This document shows, piece by piece, positions 51,995 through 62,599 of a DNA stretch of 64,000 nt. The stretch comes from Methanobacteriota archaeon (GTDB lineage Archaea > Halobacteriota > Bog-38 > Methanoflorentales > Methanoflorentaceae). Positions within the stretch are counted from its first letter, which is position 1; each line of letters begins with the position of its first letter. The stretch is from contig OY970393.1 in the NCBI GenBank assembly GCA_963720465.1, forward strand, positions 1,056,001 through 1,120,000. Direction: 5' to 3'. The position numbers and the translations under genes were made by a program. The notes beneath the pieces were generated by a model. It saw nothing but the letters and a program-made list of their open reading frames with translations. It had not been told where the DNA came from and made no database searches.

Positions 51995-53224
51995 GTGCAC
52001 ATGAGAACGATTCGCGAAGTAGAGTTGCAGGGACACATTATTGACTCACTCACCCTGACGCGGGTGCTCGACAAGATCATGGATCTTGACGGTGAGTTCG
52101 AGATCATCAGCTTCAAGATCGGTGAGCACAAGAGCGACCCGAGCTACGTCAGGCTGGCGGTCAAGGGACGCGACGAGGCACATCTTGACGCGATCCTGAG
52201 CGATCTTCACCGCCTCGGTGCCCAGGTTCCAGAGATCGAAGACGTCCGTTTTGGAGCCGCCGACAAGGACAAAGTCGTCCCGAAAGGGTTCTATTCGACG
52301 ACGAACCATCCCACTTTTATTCACCACCGCGGCGCGTGGATTCCCGTAGAGGATATCGAGATGGACTGCACGATCGTCGTTCGCGACGACCGGGCGCGGT
52401 GCACACCGCTCCACCTAGTGGTGAAGGGGGACCAGATCGTGCTCGGCCAGCGTGGTGTCCGTGTTGTTCCCCCTGAGCGACCGCGTACTCGCTCCCTTTT
52501 TGAGTTTATGGGCGGGGCCGTATCCTCTGAGCGCCCTTCAGCGACGCTCATACGCCAAATTGCCGTGGAAATGGTACAAGCTAAGGTGCAAGGCAAGGAG
52601 ATCGCCGTCGTTGCAGGCCCCGCAGTATCACACACCGGCGCTGCCGTGGCGCTGTCGAAAATTATACGCCGCGGGTACGTCGATGCACTTCTCGCCGGCA
52701 ATGCGCTCGCAGTCCACGACATCGAGCGTGATCTGTACGGAACATCGCTCGGCCTCGACATCAAGACAGCCGAACTAGTCAGTGAGGGGCACAAGCACCA
52801 CCTCTATGCCATAAGTGAGGTGATCCGCTCCGGGTCGATTGCAGCTGCGGTGCGCCAGGGGCTCATCAGAAGTGGCGTCATGTACGAATGCGTGGTCAAT
52901 AGCGTGCCGTTCGTGCTTGCTGGGTCCATCCGTGATGATGGCCCGTTGCCCGAAGTCATTACGGACACGATGGCGGCTCAGGATGCCATGCGAGAGCTTC
53001 TGAAAAATGCTGACCTCGTGCTTATGATGGCCACCATGCTGCACTCAATCGCCGTTGGGAACATGCTACCCTCGTACGTCAAGACAATTTGCGTCGACAT
53101 TAATCCCGCTACCGTGACCAAGCTCATAGATCGGGGCACGGCACAGGCGATTGGCATCGTTACCGACGTCGGAACCTTCTTGCCCACGCTTGCAGCAGAG
53201 CTTGAGACGATCGACGTCGAGTAG
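51995..53224 (+). CDS. TIGR00300/LOR-SDH family protein (ornithine cyclodeaminase-like)
   Basis: [51 protein letters not shown]. Confidence 0.87.
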   Translation: MHMRTIREVELQGHIIDSLTLTRVLDKIMDLDGEFEIISFKIGEHKSDPSYVRLAVKGRDEAHLDAILSDLHRLGAQVPEIEDVRFGAADKDKVVPKGFYSTTNHPTFIHHRGAWIPVEDIEMDCTIVVRDDRARCTPLHLVVKGDQIVLGQRGVRVVPPERPRTRSLFEFMGGAVSSERPSATLIRQIAVEMVQAKVQGKEIAVVAGPAVSHTGAAVALSKIIRRGYVDALLAGNALAVHDIERDLYGTSLGLDIKTAELVSEGHKHHLYAISEVIRSGSIAAAVRQGLIRSGVMYECVVNSVPFVLAGSIRDDGPLPEVITDTMAAQDAMRELLKNADLVLMMATMLHSIAVGNMLPSYVKTICVDINPATVTKLIDRGTAQAIGIVTDVGTFLPTLAAELETIDVE

Positions 53225-53226
53225 GA

Positions 53227-53235
53227 TTTTTTTTT
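53227..53235 (+). terminator. Oligo-T archaeal terminator candidate
   Basis: T9 run immediately after the stop codon at 53224. Confidence 0.5.
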
Positions 53236-53382
53236 AGAAGGAGCGTTACCTGCCCGCGTTATGATACCCGCTCGCTTGCCGCTACCTCCATTTGTTACAA
53301 GCGTCGACCGAGCCGTACCTCCAGCTGAGCACCCTAAAGAGAAGGATGCAGAACCGCAATTCCCCCACCGAGCCGCGCAGCG

Positions 53383-55758
53383 TTAGGTCGCACCGCCGTA
53401 ATAGATCACCGCACCGCCATCGTCAAAAATCTTGCTCCGAGCGTCGGTGGTGTTCCCCAAATCCACGTAGTTTATGACTGTTCCCGAAAGAAGACTATTC
53501 CCCCCGGTCTGGGCAACCTTGCCCTGTTCGATGTTAAACGTGCCGATGTAGACGTATGCGTCTGGCGGCGTTTGGTACGGTAGTTTCGGAAATTCCGTAG
53601 CGGGGTGGTACAAATCAAAACTGTCAAAGAGCGCACGACGATTTGCATCCGCATAAATGGGCAGAAGAGGGGCCCCGCCTGCCGCGCTGCCTCGAACATC
53701 AGTAAGCCACTGGCCAGCGATCACCTCCCGTTCGTTAAAGAGCGCTGCGTCGACGTCGCTATTCAGAACGAATGAGGTCGACCCCTGATGAGTGATCTCG
53801 TAGACGAAGCCGGTACTAAACAAGAACAAAACGACAAAAAATGCAGCCACCAGTTTGAGCGCGACGGCCCGGACCATGTGCCGCCGCCTGATAACGAGCT
53901 GCCCCACCGACTGAGCGATGAGCAGCCCACCCGTAACGCAAAAGGGCGCCAATAACAGCGTTGAGATGTGGAAGATTCGCGTGATGTTGATAGAAGAAGC
54001 CAATTGCGGAACGATCACGGCAACGATCAATATGGCGAAACTGGCCAGTGCCAGCGCGATGTACTCCGCGTCGAACCGCTTTCGGAAGCGGCGGATTGGG
54101 AGCACTCCGAGCCCAACGACGATCAGCAGCGCGCTGACCAGGTAAAGGGCCAGCCCGACTTCGTGGAGTGGCGACAACGTGCCAACCTGAAGGACGTCGT
54201 TCAGTGATGCGCTGTAGTATTCCGTTCTGCTCGCACTGAGCGCGGCAAAAAGAGCAACAGGCGGCGCCGCATAGAGCCAAGTCCACGCGCCGGTCTCCCG
54301 CTGTCGCCGCGCTGCTACAACGTAAATCAGCGCCAGCGCGCTGAAGTAGATCACGGCGCCGATTCCGACGGCTATTTCAATCGTTCTCGGCGTGATGGTA
54401 TGGAATATCTCGCTGAGGACCCGACCGATGGCCGCAGAGGCGGCTGAACCGACGCTGGTATACCACGCGGCGGTGAAAGCCGCAAATGACAGCACAAAAA
54501 GAAGCGAGAGCATCCGGCGTGGCGCTACGGACCGATTATCCGGTGGCCCTTGAGCTGATCGCCGCAATCGGTGCAGCGCAGGATTGTCCACCAAGAACAG
54601 CAACAGCCAAGCGATGACGATGTAGCCGAGATAGATAATCGCGAGCGCATAATGAGATACCACGAGCGAGGCGGCGAAAACGGCGAACATCGCGTACACG
54701 CGCCTTCTCTCTGCCCCTGACCGGTATTTGTCCACGATCAAAATAAGGAGCAGGACGAAGAAGAGCTCGGCGACTTCCTGTCGCGCAAGCGCCGGCATCA
54801 CGCCGAAGAACACGTTCAGAGACGAGACAAAAAAGGCGCCGAGGAAGGCGATTTTGTCATTTGTCTGCGACTGAAGGTAGACGAAAAGCCCGAGCGGTAC
54901 CAACGCGAAGATGAGAGGGTACACGATCTTAAAGAGCCATGTCACCGTTACACCCGACGTGAGCGAGAGAATCGGAGCGAGCACGGTGACGCTGGTCACG
55001 GCGTTCGTCGATCCGGGTAAGGACGCATTCCACACGCCGTTGGTGAGTACCAGGTTCGCGTTATAGAGCTCCTTCTGAATATCCCAGCCCCAGACGTTCG
55101 ACGAGATGAGCGATGCGAAGAAGAGCATGGCGATGGCGATCGCAAAAACGGCGAGCGGGTACCGCTCCTTTGGGAGAGATTTTGACGTGCCGACCCAAAA
55201 AGCCGTCGCGCCGATTATGACAAGTGCACCCAGCAGCGCGACGTTTGTGTTGTACGTATTCATCGCGTAGGTAGCGAAGATCATGATAAAGGGAACGAGA
55301 CAAAGGAAGAGAACAGAGGGCGTCAGCACACGCCCCCATTCTATCGTCACATCGTCTTCGAAGTCTCGGTCGCGCCAGTAGCTCACCGCAGCCAACAGGA
55401 CGATTATGGCGCTCATTGTGCCTACCGCCGGAAGGAGGGCGAGAGGCCGTTCGATGCCGAGCAACGGATACGCGAAGTTCGCCAAAAGCCCCGTAAACAT
55501 GCAGGTCGCGATGCTGAGGCCAACGGCGAAGAGCACCGTTTTTGTGCTGCCGAGGCAATGAGCGCGTAACGCCCGCAAAATGAGTATGCCCGGAACGAAG
55601 AGGATATACGCCACACCAAAGACGCCACGCAAAAGAGGGGGGTGAATGCCTAACGCGTCCAGCCCTATGAGCGCCCATACCACAAGCAACAAGAGGAAGA
55701 CCGCTTTGAGCGTTTCTGCGTGCTTCCAATCGTTCATTCGGAAGGGGTTAAGCGTCAT
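53383..55758 (-). CDS. DUF2206 family polytopic membrane protein
   Basis: FVPG..ILR, GWDIQKE, FKIVYP, LARQEVAELF, SHY, NITRIFH, KIFDDG. Confidence 0.85.
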   Translation of the reverse strand: MTLNPFRMNDWKHAETLKAVFLLLLVVWALIGLDALGIHPPLLRGVFGVAYILFVPGILILRALRAHCLGSTKTVLFAVGLSIATCMFTGLLANFAYPLLGIERPLALLPAVGTMSAIIVLLAAVSYWRDRDFEDDVTIEWGRVLTPSVLFLCLVPFIMIFATYAMNTYNTNVALLGALVIIGATAFWVGTSKSLPKERYPLAVFAIAIAMLFFASLISSNVWGWDIQKELYNANLVLTNGVWNASLPGSTNAVTSVTVLAPILSLTSGVTVTWLFKIVYPLIFALVPLGLFVYLQSQTNDKIAFLGAFFVSSLNVFFGVMPALARQEVAELFFVLLLILIVDKYRSGAERRRVYAMFAVFAASLVVSHYALAIIYLGYIVIAWLLLFLVDNPALHRLRRSAQGPPDNRSVAPRRMLSLLFVLSFAAFTAAWYTSVGSAASAAIGRVLSEIFHTITPRTIEIAVGIGAVIYFSALALIYVVAARRQRETGAWTWLYAAPPVALFAALSASRTEYYSASLNDVLQVGTLSPLHEVGLALYLVSALLIVVGLGVLPIRRFRKRFDAEYIALALASFAILIVAVIVPQLASSINITRIFHISTLLLAPFCVTGGLLIAQSVGQLVIRRRHMVRAVALKLVAAFFVVLFLFSTGFVYEITHQGSTSFVLNSDVDAALFNEREVIAGQWLTDVRGSAAGGAPLLPIYADANRRALFDSFDLYHPATEFPKLPYQTPPDAYVYIGTFNIEQGKVAQTGGNSLLSGTVINYVDLGNTTDARSKIFDDGGAVIYYGGAT

Positions 55759-55948
55759 GGCGTCCTCTGAGAATTGCCTCGCGCGTGGTCGCAAACCCTC
55801 CCGGTGTGTTTCGTGTGCGCATCACTTCGGCAGGAAGCCTGCGTAGGCTGCGTAGGTTACGTTGACTCGGCCCGCGTCTGCGAAAAAAAGCAACAGTTCG
55901 CTGATGCGTGCCGCGCCACCCCGCTCTGCGCTCGCCCCTCGGTGGCCA

Positions 55949-56908
55949 TCATCTACCGTATCTCTTCACGTCTGCGTCTACCATCATGCGAACGAGCTCT
56001 TCAAACGAGGTCTCGGGTGCCCAGCCCAACCTGGCATGAGCTTTTGACGCGTCTCCCTTCAAATCAGGTACGTCTGCGGGTCGCATAAATCGTTCGTCGA
56101 TTGTGACGTACTTCTCCCAGTTCAGGCCGACGTGATCGAATGCGAGCGCGGCGAAGTCCCTCACCGAATGGTTCTCGCCGGTGGCGATCACGTAATCATC
56201 AGGCTCACCCTGCTGCAGCATGAGCCACATAGCCTTCACGTAATCGCCGGCAAAACCCCAGTCGCGGCGCACCTCCAGGTTGCCTAAGCGAAGCTCGTTC
56301 GCCTGGTTACAAGAGATGCGCGCGACCCCGTCTGAGATCTTTTTCGTTACAAACTCTATGCCGCGCCGCGGAGACTCGTGGTTGAAGCAGATACCGCTAC
56401 AGCAATACAGCCCGTAGCTCTCCCGATAATTGATCGTCGCATAATGCCCATACACTTTTGCAACGGCATATGGACTTCGCGGGTGGAATGGCGTGATCTC
56501 ACTTTTCAACGGCTGCGGCGACGTGCCAAACATTTCGCTGCTCGAAGCCTGGTAGAACCGTGTATCTGGGCAGAAGTGTCGCACGGCTTCGAGGACGCGC
56601 ACGACGCCAAGCCCCGTCACATCGCCGGTCAACACCGGTTGATTCCAAGACGTCGCGACAAACGATTGCGCGGCAAGGTTGTAGACCTCGTCAGGCATGG
56701 CGGTCTGCACTGCGACGTTCAGCGACGACTGGTCGGTGAGATCGCCCTCGAGCAGCACGAGGTCATCTATAAGCGCCCCGATTCGCGTTTCATTGGGGGT
56801 GCTTAGCCGTCTAACCAGACCGTAGACCTCGTAGCCCTTTTCGAAGAGCAATTCGGCAAGATATGAGCCGTCTTGCCCCGTAATGCCAGTTATCAGTGCC
56901 GTCGGCAT
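55949..56908 (-). CDS. gmd: GDP-mannose 4,6-dehydratase
   Basis: ITGITGQDGSYLA, QASSSEMFG, SPYAVAK, NHESPRR, RDWG. Confidence 0.95.
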   Translation of the reverse strand: MPTALITGITGQDGSYLAELLFEKGYEVYGLVRRLSTPNETRIGALIDDLVLLEGDLTDQSSLNVAVQTAMPDEVYNLAAQSFVATSWNQPVLTGDVTGLGVVRVLEAVRHFCPDTRFYQASSSEMFGTSPQPLKSEITPFHPRSPYAVAKVYGHYATINYRESYGLYCCSGICFNHESPRRGIEFVTKKISDGVARISCNQANELRLGNLEVRRDWGFAGDYVKAMWLMLQQGEPDDYVIATGENHSVRDFAALAFDHVGLNWEKYVTIDERFMRPADVPDLKGDASKAHARLGWAPETSFEELVRMMVDADVKRYGR

Positions 56909-57155
56909 GATCCCACCATCGTTCAGTCAGTAGTTCGTTGATCGTATTACCCCTATAAGAATGTGCCGTCACGCTCGAATGCCGATCGGCTGGCGATGAA
57001 GCTCGTTCCCGTTCAAACGGGGCTTGCTTCGCGACAGAACTATTTCGTCTCGAGCCATCGGATCTTCGACCAAACGCATGCACTGAGGCCGCGGGACGTC
57101 GCGCAGCTGATCTTGTCGGTTGCCCGTGCACGAGAACGCACAAGCGTCCGTTTGG

Positions 57156-57575
57156 TCAGGTGACGGTGATAAAGAGGTACACTGACCGATACACGTTCAC
57201 TTGACCCGTCTTGTACAAGTCAAACTCCAATTTTTGGTCTGAGCCTCGGGAGGTGGCCGTAAATGAGATCGAGCGTTGCCATATCTGATTGTTAGCGAGG
57301 CTGAACGATTCAGTGGTAATGGTTTTGTTAGCCAGCGTTGCCACCAGTGTGTAGTTGACGTCAGCGTTTTCGTGATTGACGACACCGACGGTTACGTTGG
57401 CCGTCTGGTTGACTGTGAGATTCGTCGGATAATCTGAGGCTTTTCCGCCCGCACCTAACAGGTACAACTCAGTAAACGGTTCGCCTGGTTGCGGAAATAC
57501 GATGATCAGTATCGTTCCGCAAACAGCGAGGATCAAAACGGCCGCGAGTACCCAAGTAAGAAGTTTACGATTCAC
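57156..57575 (-). CDS. DUF1616 family membrane-anchored protein
   Basis: N-terminal TM, EPFTELYLLG..GKASDYP, VGVVNHE, YRSVYL. Confidence 0.85.
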   Translation of the reverse strand: MNRKLLTWVLAAVLILAVCGTILIIVFPQPGEPFTELYLLGAGGKASDYPTNLTVNQTANVTVGVVNHENADVNYTLVATLANKTITTESFSLANNQIWQRSISFTATSRGSDQKLEFDLYKTGQVNVYRSVYLFITVT

Positions 57576-58028
57576 GCCTTCGGTCTGATTCCTTCGCGCT
57601 TGCTCATAAATGTTTTCTTACGCAGCGAAGATGGCATGAGCAGCGCCGCTGCACGTGTGGCACCTCGTGCCGACTAGGGCCACACACAACGGTTATGCTG
57701 ATACGTTCGCTCACGGGTGGACGTTCCGATATAGGTATGCGGTTCCATCTTTTTGAAAAGCGCAACTCAAAGCTCTTGAAAAATCTATATAAACGCAATA
57801 GTCAAGAGGCCAATCAAATCCAATTTTTGCATAGAGATAGTACTTACCTTGAGCGCGCTGCTAGTTTGACGGCATCACCGGTACAGAGATAGAGTTATAT
57901 AACGATCCCTAAAGAGATTAGCAATAAATGGGTTTAGTACTGAGGTTATACGTCAATAGCTCCCGGAGGAGCTGCCCTATGGGCGGGTCCCGGGCATTCC
58001 CACGCTTCGCATGCCGCCTCACGGAGGG

Positions 58029-59104
58029 ATGACACGCAATCAATCTTTTTTATAAGTGAAGCAGGCAAGCTTAGCACGAGCCCGCAAAAACGCTGCATTC
58101 CTATTTCTAAAGAGCTAAAGGCGCGGGGATATACGTGCGATGTTTTTTTGCGCGAGCCTCTGGGTAAGTACCAAAATGTCTTTGCGCAAGTAGCCAACTG
58201 GAAGGCGCTCTTACGCGCGGAGCCTGATGTCGTTATCATTCATCGATCGTCTAACATAATCGATTATAAGTATGTACAAAAGCTCCAGACTGAGCACCCG
58301 CAGACCCGGGTCATATTCGATTATGATGATGCCCTCTTCCACGTTCATACTCAGGGAAGCCCCGTTCAAACTCTGAATAGAATGCTGTTATATTCCCACC
58401 TAAACAAACTCATAGGCCGGTCAGACGCCGTGTTTGCGGGAAGTCACTACCTCGTCTCGTACGCCCAAAGGTACAACTCAAATGTGCACTTAGTGCCCTC
58501 GGCCGCGGCTACTGAGGTGCTTCGTCCAGTGCACCGCGCTCCCGATACTGACACAGTCATCACGATCGGGTGGTTAGGAGGCGCGAGGAAGTGGCTCCTT
58601 CCAAGTTTGCGACTGCTAATCGATCCATTAAACCATCTGAGCGCCAAGTACAAGATTCGCTTCAAAATGGTGAGAGCACTGTCTGAGGCGGTAAAAGCAG
58701 AATTGAGACAGAATGACTTTGCGGTTTCATTTGGATCAGATGAGATGATACCGCTCGACCAGAAACTCGCGGCAGAAATAGCTGACTTTGACATAGGGGT
58801 AATGCCACTTGTAGACGACCCGTACACCCGTGGGAAATGCGCGATGAAAGCATTAGAGTACATGGCGATGGGCATACCGGTGGTAGCAAGCCCTGTAGGT
58901 GAAAATTGCTATGTTGTGAAACCGGGCATAAATGGGTTTCTCGCAAGTACCTGCGCTGAGTGGAGTAACACTCTTGAGATGCTTATCATCGATGGCTCAT
59001 TGCGAAGAGCAATGGGAAACAGAGGCCGCAACATGGTCGAAGAAGAATATAGTGTTAAGAAGATTGTGGACCGGATAGTTTATGCAATTGAACAACTCTC
59101 ATAA
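58029..59104 (+). CDS. GT4 glycosyltransferase (probable 1-nt frameshift near start)
   Basis: DYDD, IGWLG, DIGVMP, KALEYMAMGIPVVASPVG; GT4-like N-terminus (IFFISE..KRC..KELKARGY) is upstream of TTG 58148, ATG 58029 is out of frame. Confidence 0.82.
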
Positions 59105-59480
59105 TGGCTTCCCCCACAATGTAAGACTACGCGTCGAGTCCTGAGCAGATGTACTATATGTTGACGTCTGCGAATTGCATTGTGAATTGTTCAGTTACCT
59201 TCAGAAGGGAACTCATTCTCGAAATTGGCGGCTCCGATGAATCGTGAGACGGGCGCCAGACTGCGACTTATGGCTCAGAATCCTGCTCCAGCAGTATACG
59301 CCAGCAATGTCTGAAAAACGCATAGCTGCGTAGAAGTAGTTGCTTTGTCCCGTTGTTCAGTCATACTGCTTTAACCCTACGCCGTTTCCAGGCGCAGCAA
59401 ACTAAAAGCAACCTCCCCGTCTTAGGTAACCTGGTGTGTGTGAGAAGAGTTCAGTAAAAACGCAGCGACAAGCATCTGCA

Positions 59481-59728
59481 AAGACGTATAATCCCAAAAT
59501 TGCCATTGTTATTCTCATCATGAGGGGGAAAGTGGTGTTAGTGGGCGCCTCAATTCCATTAAGAAGCTGGATTATCCAAATTATGCTGTCATTGGGGCGG
59601 ACAATAACTCTTCTGATGGCTCCCAAGCATTTGTAGCGGACGCATTTCCGGGCGTTCATTTGATTCAAAACAAAAATAATGAGGGAGTTGCTGAAGGACA
59701 GAATATTGGTATTGAAACAAATATATAA
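59481..59728 (+). pseudogene. Truncated, frameshifted GT2 glycosyltransferase fragment
   Basis: PKIAIVILI..GK / LNSIKKLDYPNYAVIGADNNSSDGS..F...FPGVHLIQNKNNEGVAEGQNIGI then stop. Confidence 0.7.
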
Positions 59729-59766
59729 TAACGAGTAGCCGCAGAACACTAAATGCGGGTTTTGCT

Positions 59767-60888
59767 ATGAAAGGAGACGCTAGGTCGCACGTGCTCATTA
59801 TCACGATATCGCTGAGCCTTCTTCTTCTATTGGGGCCTCTGAACACATCGTCAAGCGCCCAGCTGGCACCCGCAGGGGCGCAAGGCAAGCGCATCATATT
59901 TCGAGACGACGACATTACGCCTTGGGGGGGGCTAGACGCTCTCAAGGCGGTGAACCAGGTTCATATCGATGAGGGTGCGCCCGTAACCCTCGGCGTCATA
60001 CCGGCCCTATGTTTTCCTGCGCAAGACAACAGCACCGGCAGTTCTCAGGTAAATGAGGGTGCGCCCGTAACCCTCGGCGTCATACCGGCTCTATCGTTTC
60101 CTGCGCGAGAGAGCAACAACGTTACTAATAACTCTTTATTCAACAATTCGTTTTCAGAATATATGCGGTCTCTCGCATCGAGCGGCCTATTCGAGCTCGC
60201 CCAACACGGATATGACCATGATGACAACAGTAAACAATACGGCGTGTCTGAACCCAGTGAGTTTCGAGGGATGCCGTACACTGAGCAATACGCACTCATA
60301 GAGCAGGGCCGCAACTTAATGCAAAGCGCGTTCGGAACTGCGCCGACGAGTTTTATCCCACCCTATAACACCGGGGATAATAATACGTTAAGAACAATCT
60401 CCGCGCTCGGATTCACCGCGTACAGCTCAACTCCCAGTGACGTCAAGCCTACGATAGACGAAAACATCAGATTTGAGCCCCAGTACGTAGATCTCGATTT
60501 CAGCATTTGGAACGCAAGCTCCCTCGGGCTTGCAATAAATCAAACACAACTCTTACTTAGCAACCCACGCATTCATGACATCGTGGTCGTGTACCATTAC
60601 AGAGACGTTCTGACGAGTCCCAGCGCCGGCGCAGTCAACGCCACTAGGGTGGAAGGATTAAAGGATTACATCCAGTATTTGAAGACGCAAAACGTCACGT
60701 TTACGACGTTGAACGGCAAATACGTGACTTCTCAATTTTTGGGGGCTTCTTCAAACGCTGCATCACCGTCAGCGCTGGCTACAACTCTCCAAGCGGCGCA
60801 ACCTCAATGGTTTTGGGCAGCCTTGGCGCTTGCAACACCTATAGTTGTGGCCGCCTTTTTGTGGGAGTTGGCGGAGCATGTTAAGTAG
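59767..60888 (+). CDS. Secreted, membrane-anchored polysaccharide deacetylase (DUF2334-like)
   Basis: Signal-like N-terminus, FRDDD, LGVIP, ELAQHGYDH, SEF.G, FIPPYN, YH, C-terminal TM. Confidence 0.82.
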   Translation: MKGDARSHVLIITISLSLLLLLGPLNTSSSAQLAPAGAQGKRIIFRDDDITPWGGLDALKAVNQVHIDEGAPVTLGVIPALCFPAQDNSTGSSQVNEGAPVTLGVIPALSFPARESNNVTNNSLFNNSFSEYMRSLASSGLFELAQHGYDHDDNSKQYGVSEPSEFRGMPYTEQYALIEQGRNLMQSAFGTAPTSFIPPYNTGDNNTLRTISALGFTAYSSTPSDVKPTIDENIRFEPQYVDLDFSIWNASSLGLAINQTQLLLSNPRIHDIVVVYHYRDVLTSPSAGAVNATRVEGLKDYIQYLKTQNVTFTTLNGKYVTSQFLGASSNAASPSALATTLQAAQPQWFWAALALATPIVVAAFLWELAEHVK

Positions 60889-61129
60889 TTTCCTAGGCGG
60901 CGACTATAGTTGAGCGCGAAAAGGCCGGAAACCGCGATGGATGTGAAAAGTTGTACAAGCCATACATCATTAGAAGGCGGCCTTCAGTCAAGAGGCAGGT
61001 TTTGCGAATCAAGAGTGGATGATATGCGACATCCAGAGCTCGGATTACGCCGGTGAATTCGCTTGCAGCTGAATCCGGGTGTAGGGTCTGCCTGTCGCCC
61101 CCACAGTTAGCGTACGCTAACGGTAAACC

Positions 61130-61300
61130 CATAAGAAAGTGATCACAGCCAAAAGAGTATTAAAAGACGCGAAGAATTCTCTGCGAAGAATCTATGGTTT
61201 AGCGGGGAACAACAGTGCGACAAACCAATTTGAGCAATTGCTCGGCTTAAAGACGGTGAGGAACATGCCACGGGATCCAATTAAACTTGCTGACGCCGAA
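61130..61300 (+). pseudogene. Possible remnant of NeuB/SpsE C-terminal SAF domain
   Basis: VITAKRVLKD / EEFSAKNLWF / QFEQLLGLKTVRNMPRDPIKLAD across frames; directly upstream of SpsF-like gene. Confidence 0.4.
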
Positions 61301-61353
61301 TGCGTTGACAAGAAGCCCGCCTTTAGAAACTTCACGCACGTGGACCGGAGGGA

Positions 61354-62166
61354 GTGATCGAGGTGCGGACCGGTTTTTTGATTACATCGCGGTTGAAATC
61401 AAAACGATTGCCTCTGAAACTTCTGAAACCTTTGCGGGGTAGGACCGTTATCGACCGAGTCATCGAGAGAGCAAAGGACGTCAAACACCTTTCAGACGTT
61501 GTGCTATGCACTTCAGCGAACCCGCAAGACAGACCGCTGATAGACATAGCACTGAACAATGACGTGCATTACTTTGTCGGCGATGAAACAGATGTTGTAC
61601 GAAGGCTAGTCGAAGCGGCCAATTTCTTCAATTTGGATTATTTCTTGGCGATTACTGCCGACAACCCGCTTTTCACCATCAGTTACTCTAATGTCATCGC
61701 GGATGAGGTTAAGCAGGGGTGCTATGATTTTGTCAAGCTGGAGGGGCTTCCATTGGGCGTGGCTACCTACGGCGTTCGAGTGAAGGCTTTCGAAACGATT
61801 TGCCGAATAAAGCCGATCGTCGACTCAGAATTCTGGGCATACCTCATAAACAAGCCTGATATCTTTACTATAAGGTCCATAACGGTCGGAGACAAACTCA
61901 ATAGGCCTGATCTGCGGCTCACCTTGGATTATGAAGAAGACTACGAACTTATCAGCAACATTTACTCGCACGTCCCGTTCGAAACTGTGCTAAATCTGTA
62001 CGATGTCGTGGACTATCTCGACGAGCACCCAGAGCTTTCGCTACTCAATGCGAACTGCGTTCAGAGAGAATTAGCCCCGGATATCAAGGCGGAAATCGAT
62101 CGCGTTTACACGGAAAACAAGAAACAAATACAGACTATAAAAAGAGCGATCTATTCAACCGCTTAA
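61354..62166 (+). CDS. Acylneuraminate/SpsF-like cytidylyltransferase
   Basis: SRLKSKRLPLKLL, GDETDV, ITADNP, RLTLDYEED. Confidence 0.85.
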   Translation: MIEVRTGFLITSRLKSKRLPLKLLKPLRGRTVIDRVIERAKDVKHLSDVVLCTSANPQDRPLIDIALNNDVHYFVGDETDVVRRLVEAANFFNLDYFLAITADNPLFTISYSNVIADEVKQGCYDFVKLEGLPLGVATYGVRVKAFETICRIKPIVDSEFWAYLINKPDIFTIRSITVGDKLNRPDLRLTLDYEEDYELISNIYSHVPFETVLNLYDVVDYLDEHPELSLLNANCVQRELAPDIKAEIDRVYTENKKQIQTIKRAIYSTA

Positions 62167-62599
62167 CGCCACGCGTACGGGAAGGCGATTCTTGGGACTG
62201 AAAAACCAGTTAGGAGGCGCCAGGCTATAGCGCATTCAGCGCTGCGGCGTGCATCGACATGCTTGCTTCCCGTTGTGCGCAGCAACGCTGCCAGAATGAC
62301 CCACTACCCTCCTGCGCGGCTCTTGACTTGCGGTGTTAGATGTAGGCGTTGAGACCACCGAGGCCAGATATAAGACAACACCTTTCCGAAGACAACACCT
62401 TTCCGCGCGTGGCCAGAGTGTTTTGTGTCGCGCGATACACGACGTAGCTTTACCGAAGATCGATCGAATGAGACTCGCGGACATAAACGACACATTAGAG
62501 CGACAGAAGCAGCGAGCAAACACCGTAACGCTATGTGGTTCGTCCATGCCGTGTTCTCGATTCTCTCAGTAGCCCATAAATAGTTCTGGACGGCGTTTC

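Noticed and set aside
62372-62405. 17-bp tandem repeat (aagacaacacctttccg x2) and nearby VLDVG-like ORF
   Set aside because: Two copies in degenerate intergenic DNA; too short to support a methyltransferase remnant or regulatory call.
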